Shown piece after piece: positions 36,584 through 49,600 of a stretch of DNA of 64,000 bases. Position 1 is the stretch's first letter, and each line of letters starts with the position of its first letter. Source of the stretch: Felis catus (Eukaryota); assembly GCF_018350175.1 (NCBI RefSeq), contig NC_058368.1, positions 17,982,001-18,046,000 of the forward strand. Reading direction: 5' to 3'. The notes beneath the pieces were generated by a model. That model worked only from the letters and a program-made list of their open reading frames with translations, ran no database searches and was not told the DNA's origin. The position numbers were made by a program, and so were the translations under genes.

Positions 36584-39500
36584 CTCTTTCTCTTTATATG
36601 AAATTTATTGTCAAATTGGTTTCCATGCAACACCCAGTGCTCATCCCAACAGGTGCCCTCCTTAGTGTCTATGGTTTTTCTTCATCTTTTTCTTTTTTGT
36701 ACAGTAAATATTTGTAATGATCTTTTAAATATAGAACTGAATTTAAATAGCTTTACTGTTTTTGTCAGTCCAGCCAATATCGCACAATACCATGTTAACA
36801 GAAACACAGAAACCTGTTAGGATATATGCTAGTTCAGCTGTAGGAATTTGTATCTGGAGTTAGGGTACTATTGGATATCCTGGGCTTGGCCTTCTTTCTC
36901 CCTTCTGTCCTCTGTGCAGACTGTCTCTGTAAGAGAGGTCTCTTTCTTTCATGGTTTTAAATAGCAAAAAGGGTGGTGATTCTCAAATTTAGAACCCTGT
37001 TCTTGACATCTCTGCTCAACTCCAGATTTGTAACAGTCGGTTGTTCATATGACAGCTCCAATTAGATACCTGATCGACATCGTAAAAACTTAACACAGCC
37101 AGACCCTTAGTTTTTCTCCAAACTGGTTCTACTTTCCACTGTTAGTAAAGAACATCAGGTACCCACAGAAACAAAAAGTGTATAAATAGTTTTGATTCCT
37201 GTCATTGTTTTCACATCATGTATTCAGTCCATTAACAAATCCTATAGGCGCTGCCTTGAAAAAAAATAATTGTTTCGGATCATCTCCCCTTCGTCTGCAG
37301 TGCTACTGTCTTGTTCTAAGTCACTGTCAAATCTTGTTGGGATTATTTTAGTTTCTTCTTGCCTGCTTCCTTTCTTGCCACCCCCCCCCCCCGCCCCCCA
37401 TCTGCTCTCCTCACAAAGTTGGAATAAACTTTTGAACATATAAAGCACGTTATATTACTCCTTTGCCTAAAACCTCTAGTGGACTGGCTTGGTTCCCATG
37501 GATGCCTTTCCTGTCACTCAGGCCTCTGTTCCGAAGTCACCTCAAAGAGGCCTTCCTCTCTGCTGCCAGTTACTCCGTTCTCTGCCTGGAGGCTACAGGT
37601 GGTGCTTACTTCTTACATACTACATCCTTCCAGAGGTAGTTTATCTATTCACTGGCAAATATGCATGCACCATAGTCCTTTCTCTTTTGTAACAGTTGGT
37701 ATTATAACTGTTTCTATACCTTGTTGTCTCACTTACCGTATCTTGAAGTTTTATTAAGTACATAAAGAATTTTCATCTTTCCTAAAATGGATATATCATA
37801 ATTTCTGTAACCAATCCTCTTTAGATGGGCATTGAGGGTATTTCCAGTCTTGACACTTCCAGACTATCCTGCTGTGAATAATCTCTTATATATGCTACAA
37901 TACACAAGTAAGTACATCCTTACTGTGTTCTGGAAGTAAGTTTACTATTCAGTACTGTGAAGGCCATCCAGTATTTTTTTGATTGTTTAATGCAAACATA
38001 ATTTGAAAATGATTTCATTAAAATTTGGCTTGAGATTAGGAAAACATTTGAAAATCAGTCCCAGTAATTGTCTTCTGTTATCACTTGTGTAGGAGATGTT
38101 GGAAGCTCTCAAGGCACTTTCAACCTTTTTCGTTGAAAACAGTTTGCGGACTCGAAGGAATTTACGTGGAGATATTGAACGCAGAAGTTTAGCCATCAAT
38201 GAAGAGTTTGTCAACATTTTCAAGGAGGTGAAGGAAGTATGTAAATTCTTTTTGTTTTACATTTATTGAGAACTTAACTGTATGCCTGACTCTGTGCTAA
38301 ATATTTTTATGAATTGGGTTGATACGTTTACTATTCGTGTACCGTGTTCAAATAGAAGATTTAACTACTTACTCTTGCAGCATCTAGGTCCTTCACTTAG
38401 TGTGATTTCTGAATCTGTGACCTCCACTAATGCTGCTTCTTAAGAAGTTGTAACATTTGTTCTAGGATATTCTCTTAGAAATTTTTTTAAATGTTTATTT
38501 TTGAGAGAGAGAGAGACAGAATGAATGTGAGTAGGAGAGGGGCAAAGAGAGAGGGAGACACAGGATCCGAAGCAGGCTCCAGGCTCTGAGCTGTCAGCAC
38601 AGAGCCCGATGCGGTGCTCAAACTCACGATCCCTGAGTTCATGACCCGATCCAAAGTCGGATGCTTAACTGACTGAGCCACCCAAGTGCCCCGAAATTTT
38701 TGCTTTTTTAGCAACAAGAAGAAGAAACATTTCTTTAAATGACTTTCCAGTGAAATTTTTCCTTACTGAATAAACCTCCTTGGATAACCACTTCTCCATT
38801 GGAGATTAATTAGGAGTGAGTTATTTTAGTGCATCATAAATTATGAAATTTTCAGATTAATTCAGATCAGTTACTTCAGTGCATAAATAATTTATCGTAT
38901 TTGAGTGAGCAGTCTACTCACCATGGGGTAAAAATGGATTTTACTTATTATGTTATTATATTTATTATGCAATACTTTGTTAATTTTGTTAGTATCACGT
39001 AATTATTCTGTGTGAGGTGTATGTGTTATATATAATATTAATGACTAATTAATAAACAGATTATATTTAACAGTTCAGAAAGATTTCACTGAGGCTAAAA
39101 TCAGGAAGGTTGAAAGGAATGTTTGGTTAAGTGTTCATAAAAATAGAGTAGGGACGTTTGGGTGGCTCATTCGGTTGAGCTTTTGACACTCAATTTCAGT
39201 TCAGGTCATGATCTCATGGTTTGTGAGTTCGAGCCCTGCATTGGGCTCCATGCTGACAGTATGGAGCCTGCTTGGGATTCTCTCTCTCACCCTCTTTCTC
39301 TGCCCCTCCCCTGTTCACTTGTTGTCTCTGTCGAAGTAAATAAACATTAAGCAAAAATAGAGTACTCATGAGCACATCCAGATTGTGTTCTCTAAACACC
39401 ATTTCCCACTGAAAGAGACAATGTTGCACATATCAGAAAGCAGGGAAGCTAAGACTATGGGGAAAGCGGCAGAAGAACTTTGGAGCTAAGTTGATGAGGC

Positions 39501-41205
39501 TTCCACTGGCCAGAGGTAGGACAGTTAGAGCATCAATAAGAATAACTGAGTGGGCTGAAACCTATCAAACATGTTTAAACCCAAGGATTCATACCGATAC
39601 TAAAACCCAAAAAGAGCCCTCATTGGTTATATCTGGTGGATATAAGGGAACCAACTTATTTTGAAACCTAGTAAATAAAAGGAAAGGGTCCAACATTTAT
39701 CCTGTCTTTTGTTCCAACTACATAGAGTTGTTGGGAGGAAGCTGCTCTTTATAACTCTATTCTGTTGAAGAAATGAAGAGGGATTGATAGAATATTTTGC
39801 CACCGCTGTTGAATTTATGGATCTAGTTCAAGGTTTCTCAACTCGGCCCTGTTTACCTTTTGGGTCACACAGTTGGGGTTGCACTATTTAGGGTATTGAA
39901 CAGCATCCCTGGGCTGTAACCACTCACTGCCAGTTGTACTACTTTTTCCTTAGTTGTTCCACCCAAATATTTCTCCAGACACTGTCAAGTGCCACGGTGG
40001 GGGACCCAGTTGCCCCAGTTGAGCACCATCGATCTAGCCATTGGTCATCATTGGCAGCTAACCTCACAAAGAGAGAAACATCCATATCTATCACTTCTAG
40101 TAAAAGTATACAACACCATCTATGAAAAATTCTTGCCAGAAAAATGAACCAGAATACGATCAAGCTTCTAGACCTAACTGCCCGTTCATAGAAAATACTG
40201 AGATCAGAGGAACATGTTAACACCACAAATATGCAGTCAGAAAATGCAGAGTGTTGGGAACTATACAAATGAATTTCTTCAACAAATAAATTGTAAGACA
40301 AAGAGAAATAGGGAGGAGTGAGACTCTGTAGATTAAAAAAAAGAAATGAGAAGTAGCAACCAGTAGCAATTTGTGAGTCTTTGTTAGTTCCTGACTTGAA
40401 ATAATTATTTAAAATTGAGACAGTTGCAGAGACTGGAATGCTGACAGGACATTTGATATTAAGAGATTATTGTTAAATATTTGGATGTGAAAGTGGCATG
40501 TTTTAAAAAGTTTATTTATTTTGACAGAAAGAGTGTGGGTGGGAGAAGGGCAGAGAGAGGAAGACTGAGAGAATCTCAAGCAGGCTCTGCACCTGCCAGC
40601 ACAGAGCCAATGCAGGGTTCAAACTCATGAACCATGAGATCATTACCTGAGCCAAAATCAAGCGATGGATGTTCATCCGATTAAGCCACCTACACCTCCC
40701 AAAATGGCATTTTTTAAAAAAGTCTTTTTAGAGGGGCGCTGGGGTGGCTCAGTTGGTTAAGCATCTGACTGCAGCTCAGGTCATGATCTCAGGGTTCGTG
40801 GGTTCACCTCCACATCAGGCTCTATGCTGACCGCTCAGAGCCTGGAGCCTGCTTTAGATTCTCTATTTCCCTTTCTCTCTCTGCCCCTCCGTGCCTCGCA
40901 CTCTGTCTCTGTCTTCTCTCAAAAATAAATAAACATTAAAAAAATTTTTTTTAAATCTTGGAAGTAGATATTGATATATTTATGAATGAAATGATATGAC
41001 ATTATGCATTCAAAATAATTCTGTTTGTTTGGGAGGGAGAAAGGGATGGAAGAAAGATAGAAAGTGGGTAGAGAGGGGGCGCCTGGGTGGCTCAGTCGGT
41101 TAAGCACCTGACTGTTGATTTCAGCTCAGGTCTTGATCTCACGGTCTGTGGGTTCTGTGTCAGGCTCCGTGCTAAGGCTGTGGAGCCTGCTTGGGATTCT
41201 CTCTT

Positions 41206-41248
<43 letters not shown>

Positions 41249-42936
41249 TCCCCCTCTTGTGCATACTCACACACTCTGTGTCTCTCTCTCTCTCAAAATA
41301 AATAAACTTAAAAAAAGAAAAGGAAAAAGAGAAAGTGTGTAGAGAGATAGATGAAACGAGTGGTTATGGGTTGGTAATTGTTGAAGGTAGGTGGTATGAC
41401 ATTGACATTCATATTATCTCAACTTTGAGATATTTTTGAAAAGTTTCCATAATAATAAGTTTTTTAAAAGCTTATCATACACCAATTATATTTCACAGCC
41501 TGTAACTTTATTTAACTGGGTGAGAAAAAGTTGACTGTAAGGTCAAATACTTTATAAGTAATGTAACGGTCATTGAATTACAGTAATCAAAACTCTGCAT
41601 TTAGATCACATATAGAGATGTGATTTATATTATTTGACAAATCAGATCCATTTGGTACATTATGGTGGCTAAAGTAAATATTAGGCGTAGTTGTTTTTGA
41701 CCTAGCTGGCTGATAATGGCAGTGTTGTTCGTATGAGATTACACGGTGAGATTTAAGGGAATGGTGAGATGAGTTTACTTAGGTCTCTGCTGTTGCTGAT
41801 ATTAATTGATATTTTGAAATCATGCTTTTTTTTATTTTTTAATTTTTATTTAATTTTTATTTTTTATTTGATTTTTTTTATTATTCACCTCAAAGTAGCT
41901 TAGGACTTCATTTAATAATTTGATTTATATCCTATTTATAGTGAAATGTAGGAACATTTAAAAACATTGGGTACTCTGATAGTTCTATTTCATTCAAAGC
42001 ACTTTATGGAGAGAAGGGAGAAAAATCTTACTTCTAGAACTTAGATTTATGCTCATATTCTGATAAATGATTTTCTAACTGGTTCATCCTCACACTTTGT
42101 TTACAGCCTCACCTGGCTGCTTTCTTATTACTTGCCCTCTGACTGGCCTGTCCCTTCATAAAAACTGTCATGTTTCTATTTGAAGGTCTGGGCATGGTGC
42201 TGAAAGGGATTGTCTGTGGTCTGCCACTGAAACTTCCTTGTATATCTTCCTGTTAAGTGACACCCAATTGTGAAAAAGAAGATAGGAGTGCAGTATGAAG
42301 CTAAATGTGGTTTTGTGATACCATTTTTTCAAATCATATTTTTCATTAACTCAATAAAGACTAGAGAATGGTTTGGTAAAAAGTATAGAGCCTGGGAGAC
42401 CTGTTGAAAAAAAAATGATCAGTTCACCCAAGTGGTACCAATAGACCTGAACCAAAGTAGTAGCTCTTAGAGTAGTAAAAAAGAAACAGAGAATACATAT
42501 ATATTAAGGATATAAATGACAGGACTTAGTGGCCAGTTAAATTCACATGTATCTGGAGGGGGCTGGAGATGGAAGTACAGAGGGAAAGAATGTTACTGAG
42601 AAAATTACCAGGTTTGTGGCATGATCCAATATGTGATGATGAGAGAGAGGAGGCACTGTTTTTAGTTTATTGGGTTTTCATATTTGCTTGTTTTTGTTAA
42701 TTAAAAGTTACAAACAATCCATTATAGAAAAGTTAGATAAGGTCAGAAATAGAACAATTGTTTATGACCCTATCACCCAGAAATAACCTTGGTCATTATT
42801 TTATTGCCTGGTTTTCCTGTGTTTTTCTATATACGTATATGTACTTTTCTTAAAAAATGAGGGATATTATATGCATTGTTTCATAGTACTTTTATTTTTT
42901 TTTACCTTATATAGACATCCCTCCATGCCAACGAAA

Positions 42937-42981
<45 letters not shown>

Positions 42982-43832
42982 ATTATTGTTAATAAATGCA
43001 CAGATTTCCATTGTGTGTTTGAAAATGTTTCACATTTTCCGTTGGTTTTAGGCAATTCTGTTGATCATCTTACATATATTGTTGCACACTTACCTGATTA
43101 ATTCCTTAGGATAAATCTTAATTTTAAAATTCTGAATGATGAGGTAGTCATATTTTATTTGCTGTTTCCCATTGTCACATCTTTTAAAAAGCTTATACTA
43201 ATTTCTTTATATCTGTTCTAACATTAGATGTTATTATTTTAATTATTTCCCATCTTAAATATGGGATCTTTTGTCATGCTCTGCCAAAAAAAAAAAATTC
43301 GTGAGATGAAAATAAGGATTCGGCTAAGAGAATTTCTTTAATAATATATGTAGTGCTTGTTACTTTTTTTCTTTTCAGGAACTTGAAAGCATAAATGAAG
43401 ATGTTCAAGCAATGAGCAGTTGTTGTCAAGACATGACAAGTCGCCTACAGGTACTGTATAATGGCTGGATTTTAGCGTAGTTCCTGGTTCAAAGTAAGCT
43501 TTCAGAAATTGTTAGCTAAGTCTGTCAAATATATGGATATCTAATATATCATGCCCAATAGGCAGTTTGAGTGTAAATATTATGCGTATTTTTTTTAACT
43601 ATAAATGGGTTTCTTTGCATGATAGTTTACTGTTCAGTTAACTCCTGAAGCCTTTATATTTTGATCTAGCCAGCGTAGAGCTAACTGATGAACCTTTCAA
43701 TCCTATAATATCCCGTAAGTCCAGCAGAAATGAGTTCATTGGTAGAAAGTCTTAGGAGTAAGTCGACACTAAAACTATGCTCAGCAAAGACCCAGCTTAA
43801 TTATGATTTATGTTCAGCACCCCCCACCCCCC

Positions 43833-43883
<51 letters not shown>

Positions 43884-46616
43884 CCTCAGGAAAATATCTC
43901 TGGTTCTATGTCTGTTTATTAAAGCAGTTTCAGGGGCGCCTGGGTGGCTCAGTTGGTTGAGCGTCTGACTTCAGCTCAGGTCATGATCTCACAGTCCATG
44001 AGTTTGAGCCCCGCGTCAGGCTCTGAGCTGTCAGCTCAGAGCCTGGAGCCTGCTTTGGATTCTGTGACTCCCTCTCTCTCTCTGCCCCTCCCCTGCTCAT
44101 GCTCTGTCTCTGTCTCAAAAAAAAGAAAAAAAAAAAGTTTGAAACGTCTAGTTTGGTTGCATTACCCTCATTTATGTAATTTTGGAATACTGAATAGACT
44201 AGGGTTTCCCCATGAGAGTCAGTCATGACTGTATTTACCACCTTCACATTTATATTTCAAACTTATACCTTTAAGATTCTCCTAGAACTGTTGAGAGCGA
44301 CACTGATTCTAGGAAGAATCATTAATCTATGCATATTCCCCAAATTAATCATAAGCTACTTACATGATCTGTCTCTAGAACTAGCCAGTTTCCTGTTTCT
44401 CTAAAATTTTAGCTTTCCTAGCTTTATCTAAATTTCAGTACTCTTACTAATATATCAATTATTATTGGCATATCTATTCAATCTTTAGATCTTTATTAAT
44501 TATATAGCCCTTAAGTAGTCATAAAGTCTTTGCTAATTATTGTCATTTCACATTTTTTGTAGTATTACTTCTGTCGCTTAGTATTACTTTTGTTGTTTGA
44601 CGATTCTGTTTCTGTCACTTTCTCTTTATTTCCTTCTCTCATCTTCTAGCTTCCTTGATTTAATGCCTTTTCTCAAATTACACTCTATAAGATTTTCTAT
44701 ACTATACTCTCGGATTTGTTTTGTAATACTAATTTTATATTTTGTGTTATACAGGATTACTCAAGTTCCTCTTTTTAGTGGTTGTATCTCATTGCGTAAT
44801 TCTTATCCTCAATTATATTTTTATTCTTTTTATTATACCTATTTGTAGATGGAAAAGATCAAAGTATTTTTATCCTTCGTGCTGTTTTCAAAACAGATTA
44901 GAAGTATTTTAAATCACAGAGTATCCTCTTCATTTTGTCCTCGATATTTTCTTTACATCCACCAACCCTATTTTTTCCCCCTATAATGGCATGGGCCCTT
45001 CTTCCTTTCTTTCCTTTTTTATATCAGTTTTACTGAGGAAGAATTTATGTGCAGTAATAAACTGCATTCATCTGATGTGTACAAATCGATGTGTTTGACA
45101 ATTATACACCTATGAAACAGCTACCATAATCATGGTGCAACATTTTCGTCACTTTTTAAATTTCATGTTTAAAAATATTTTGTACTACTTGTTGTTTACA
45201 TTCGATTTTGATTCTTGTATTAGCAGGGATTAGATCGGTGACTTTGGAAGTTTTCAGCCATTGGCACTGATTTATTTGCATATGTTTTTCGAATCTTAAT
45301 GGTACCCGCTCAGACTGTCAACTCTAGAATAAGGTTTTCAGTTTATCCATAGAGGAAAGTACTACTTTTTCATTTTAGGATGTTATACACAGGACTAATT
45401 AAATTAGCTCATATTTTAAAAAGTAATTTTGGATTGGGGACATTTTAGAAATTGTTATTACAAGATACTGAAAAAATATAACCAGTAATTTTTTATATGC
45501 TGTGGCTTTTCCCTTTGTGGATTTGCTTGGATAAATTACATTTAGAGGCATATGTTTATTATTTAATGAGAAATAATCATCCTCAACATTTAAGATAAAT
45601 TGGAAATTGTTTTACGATAATGATCTTCACTGGTATTATTAAACATTAGTTTGGGATTGTTACCACAATTTGTAAATGAAGAGTCAAGAAATATGCATAA
45701 TTCTTACTGCATCACATTGTAATCAAGTATCTTACGTCAGTGATTAACAGGTGGTGTTTTTTGTAAGATATACCTTCAATTTAATAATGACTGCAGCTAA
45801 AAAAAGAAGCTAGGAAGCACTTTTTGATATTGATTTTGTGTGGCATTCCTTTTTCACAAATATTAAAATGTAAATATATTTTAGAATTTTTTAAATATTT
45901 TAAATATTCTTAAAAGTTGTATTAAGCAGGAGTAAGGTGGCAGTGGATCCTGAAAGTAAAATGGGATTAGGAAAGATGAGGAAGAATTGGAAGAAATTAG
46001 TGGATTTAAAGAGTAATAATTTTAGAATAGTACCATGGAAGTCATTGTGTTCGACTCCATTCCTCAAAAGTTATTGATGTGCTGAATTATCTAGGTTCAA
46101 ATCTATTTTCTTAACAAATACCTACTGTTTGCTAGGCATGCGATTTGGTTGCAAGGAGCACGGACTCAGATGGAGGTGGGGCTGGGGCTCTTGTTGATGG
46201 GATACCTGTATGAAGCAATAAGGCAGAAACGTTGCTGCCAGTCTGAAAGATTGTAGAAGGCTTAGGCCTCGAAGAACCCAGAACTTGCAGGGGGCTGGGG
46301 TTTCCTGTGTAGATCTAATGCAGCTCTAGAACCTTAGCAGCAGAAGCTTGCTCTTTATGATCGTGTTCCAGCATGGAAATGACCCCGTATCTTCTGATAT
46401 TTGCTCTGGTATCCTATCTTTAAGAGACTGACCTTCTATAATATGTGTTTGTCTGCTTTATACAGTCGACCTTTGAACAATGAGGAGGTTAGGGGAGTTG
46501 ACCCCCGTGCACACAGAAATCCATGCCTAATTTTTGACTCCCCAAAACTTAACCATTAACAGCCTACTGTTGACCAGAAGCTGTTAACATACACAGTCAA
46601 AACACATTTTGTATGT

Positions 46617-46649
<33 letters not shown>

Positions 46650-49600
46650 CTGTATTCTTACAATAAAGTAATCTAGAGAAGAAAATGCTATTAATAAAAT
46701 CATAAGGAAGAGAAAATAGATTTACAGAACTGTAATGTATTATTAAAAAAATTTTTTTTACATTTATTTTTTATTATTTAAAAACAATTTTTTTTCCTTT
46801 ACTTATTTTTGAGAGACAGAGAGAGACAGCATAAGCAGGGGAGGGGCAGAGAGAGAGAGGGAGACACAGAATCAGAAGCAGGCTCCAGGCTCCGAGCTGT
46901 CAGCACAGAGCCCGACACGGGGCTCGAACCACAAACCGTGAGATCATGACCTGAGCCGGAGTTGGACGCTTAACTGGCTGAGCCACCCAGGTGCCCCTAT
47001 AGTGTATTATTTTTAAAAATTCCTTGTGTAAGTGGACACACACAGTTCACACATGTGGTGTTTAAGGTCAACTGTAATTTCCACTTACTAGTGGCTTTAT
47101 TTATACATAATTCTAGCCCACTCCATGTCCCTGAAGGGCATGGACCCCATGTCTCCAGCTGCATACACCCACTTGTTTCTCCTCTCTTTGCTAAACACCT
47201 TTATGTTTAGGTCTTTGAGAATCTGATTAGCTACATTTTCTTTTGTTTCAGTCTACTGTAAAATAATTGCCTAATCTTAGGACAGAATAGCTTTTCATCA
47301 AGTTTTCATTCCTGATCCTTTCGACTCTGGCTTGGGGAAGGAAGGGTTGCTTAATACAAAATTTGTCGGTAACAGCCCTGTGTCTTTTAGATAGGGCTAT
47401 CTCTGATCTTCCCCAAAACCCTATATGAGGGGTAGTTCGTGTATTCCACCTCTCAAATGTTTATCTCCATCTTGGGCATTTCTGTTCAGTTCCACACCAG
47501 CGTTTCAGTGACTTAACTTAAAACTCTATTTAGAGGTCTCATATTCAAGTCACATATTCATAACGGAAGTCATGATTTTTATTCCGACCCTGCTTTTCCA
47601 GTAGTTCTGTTTCACTAAAAACATCATGAATTGTTAAATGCCTTAGCATCCTCACACCATTTTCTTTCTTGTAAGCCTTGGTGTTGTGTCTGTTGAGAAC
47701 TCTGAGCTTCTCTTAGTGAAGGTAGTATATGAGCCTGGCAACATCTAGTTCAGTTATTTGGCCTTTTTAAAACTTTTGAGCTCTGGAGTGTGATCTCACA
47801 TGCTGCTAAGTTTGAGCTTTAGTAAGTGGTACTATTAGTTTTCTGAAATATAAAATAATCGAAATGTGCTCATGTTGGATATGTTTATAATTTTAGGCGG
47901 CAAAAGAACAGACTCAAGATTTGATAGTAAAAACCACTAAGCTTCAAGCTGAAAGGTAAGTTTTTCTTTGTATAGTTTCTTCTTCATTAATTTGGAGATT
48001 AAGTGGAAAGAAAATTATAGGTAACTCCAAATCAAAGTTAAAATAATAAAAAATATGATTCAAAATTCATACAGCATGTAAGGTTCTAAGCTATTATCCA
48101 AGAGGAAAATAAACAAAACAATATTTTAGGAGTATCAAACTTGATTGGGGTTGAAGGATTATTCACTTTTTGGAGATGACAATGTGTTGTTTATTGTTTG
48201 CTACGGATCTAAGAAAAAGATTGCTTTTTAAAATGTAGATGATTTTAGATTTTTTGTAGTCTTATGTTTATTTTTTCACATTCATTGTCTCTTATTTTTA
48301 GCTATGGTCTGTCCTCTCTAATATAATTAAGAGTTAACTGCATGAGTTCTTCTTGTGGTAGTTTACAAATAGGTATGCTAATATTTGTTGACTGAATAAA
48401 TGGGTGGATGAAAGTGAGTAGAATATGGATTCATGTATTTTATTGTGTATTACAGTCTTTTGTAATCAGTTGTTGGTTTGACTGTCTCTCTTCTTACTAA
48501 ACTGTGAGCTCCTTGAGAACATTGACAGTTTCTTAACTCTCTTTGTATCTCCAGTGCCTAATGCATTGTAGATTCAATAAATAATTTCTGAATAAATGAA
48601 TTTGGAATACAGCTAATCTGACGCCAAGAAGGGAACATGAAATAAAAACTGAAAACTGAGCATTGTATTGGAGCTTGTAACATATTTGGGACCCTGATTA
48701 ATGTTTATAGGAGGCAACATTAGAACATTGTGTTTCTATCTGTATATTCTCAAAACTAAGCAACGTTGTTCATGTTTATTATTTTAATAAGCCGATGAAA
48801 GTGTTTTGGCTGGGTGTGCTTTTGGGAGTGAAAATTTCTGACATTCCAGTATCCCAAGAGCTAGGGATATGATGTGCCAAGTGAACATTTGTGGAAAGTA
48901 TTGTAGGAAAATTACACAGCAGAAATTCTAACAGATTCCTGGAAGCTGGCCGAGAGTTGTTTTTCCATTTTTAAGTATTACCTTATCTTTTTAGCAAGAA
49001 ACTTTGTCGAATAAGCAATTAGCTTTAAAAATAGAAATTCTGTGGGCTTATTTGGATAACATGCCATTCTTATTAAGACAGATGTATAAATGATATGAAT
49101 ATTTTTCCAACTACATTAGAAGTTCAGTCATTGTGATAGCTGACGCTCTAATAGGTAAAGTTTGATGTAGAATTGTCTTCACGGAACTGCGGTTAATATT
49201 TTTTTGTAATATTTAGTTGATAGAAGATGGGTTTCATTGATAATCAGGAAGTGATATCCACATAAATATACTTCCATATTTTTTTAAAGTTTATTTATTT
49301 ATTTTGAGAGAGACAGAGAGAGGGAGAGAGAGAATCCCAAGCAGGTTCTGCACTGTCAGCATGAAGCCTGACACGGGGCTTGATCTAATGAACTGTGAGA
49401 TGACCTGAGCCAAAATCCAGAGTCTGATGCTTAACTGACTGAGCCACCCAGGTGTCCCTACTTCCATATTTAAAAAAAAAAATTTTTTTTTTCAACGTTT
49501 ATTTATTTTTGGGACAGAGAGAGACAGAGCATGAACGGGGGAGGGGCAGAGAGAGAGGGAGACACAGAATCGGAAGCAGGCTCCAGGCTCCGAGCCATCA

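Larger units (their letters stand above)
39370..41465 (+). mobile_element. L1MC-like 3' region interrupted by MER20 and three SINEs
   Basis: similar to the 15180-16050 element (gaggcttccactggccagagg...); ends gaaaagtttccataataataagtt. Confidence 0.6.
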
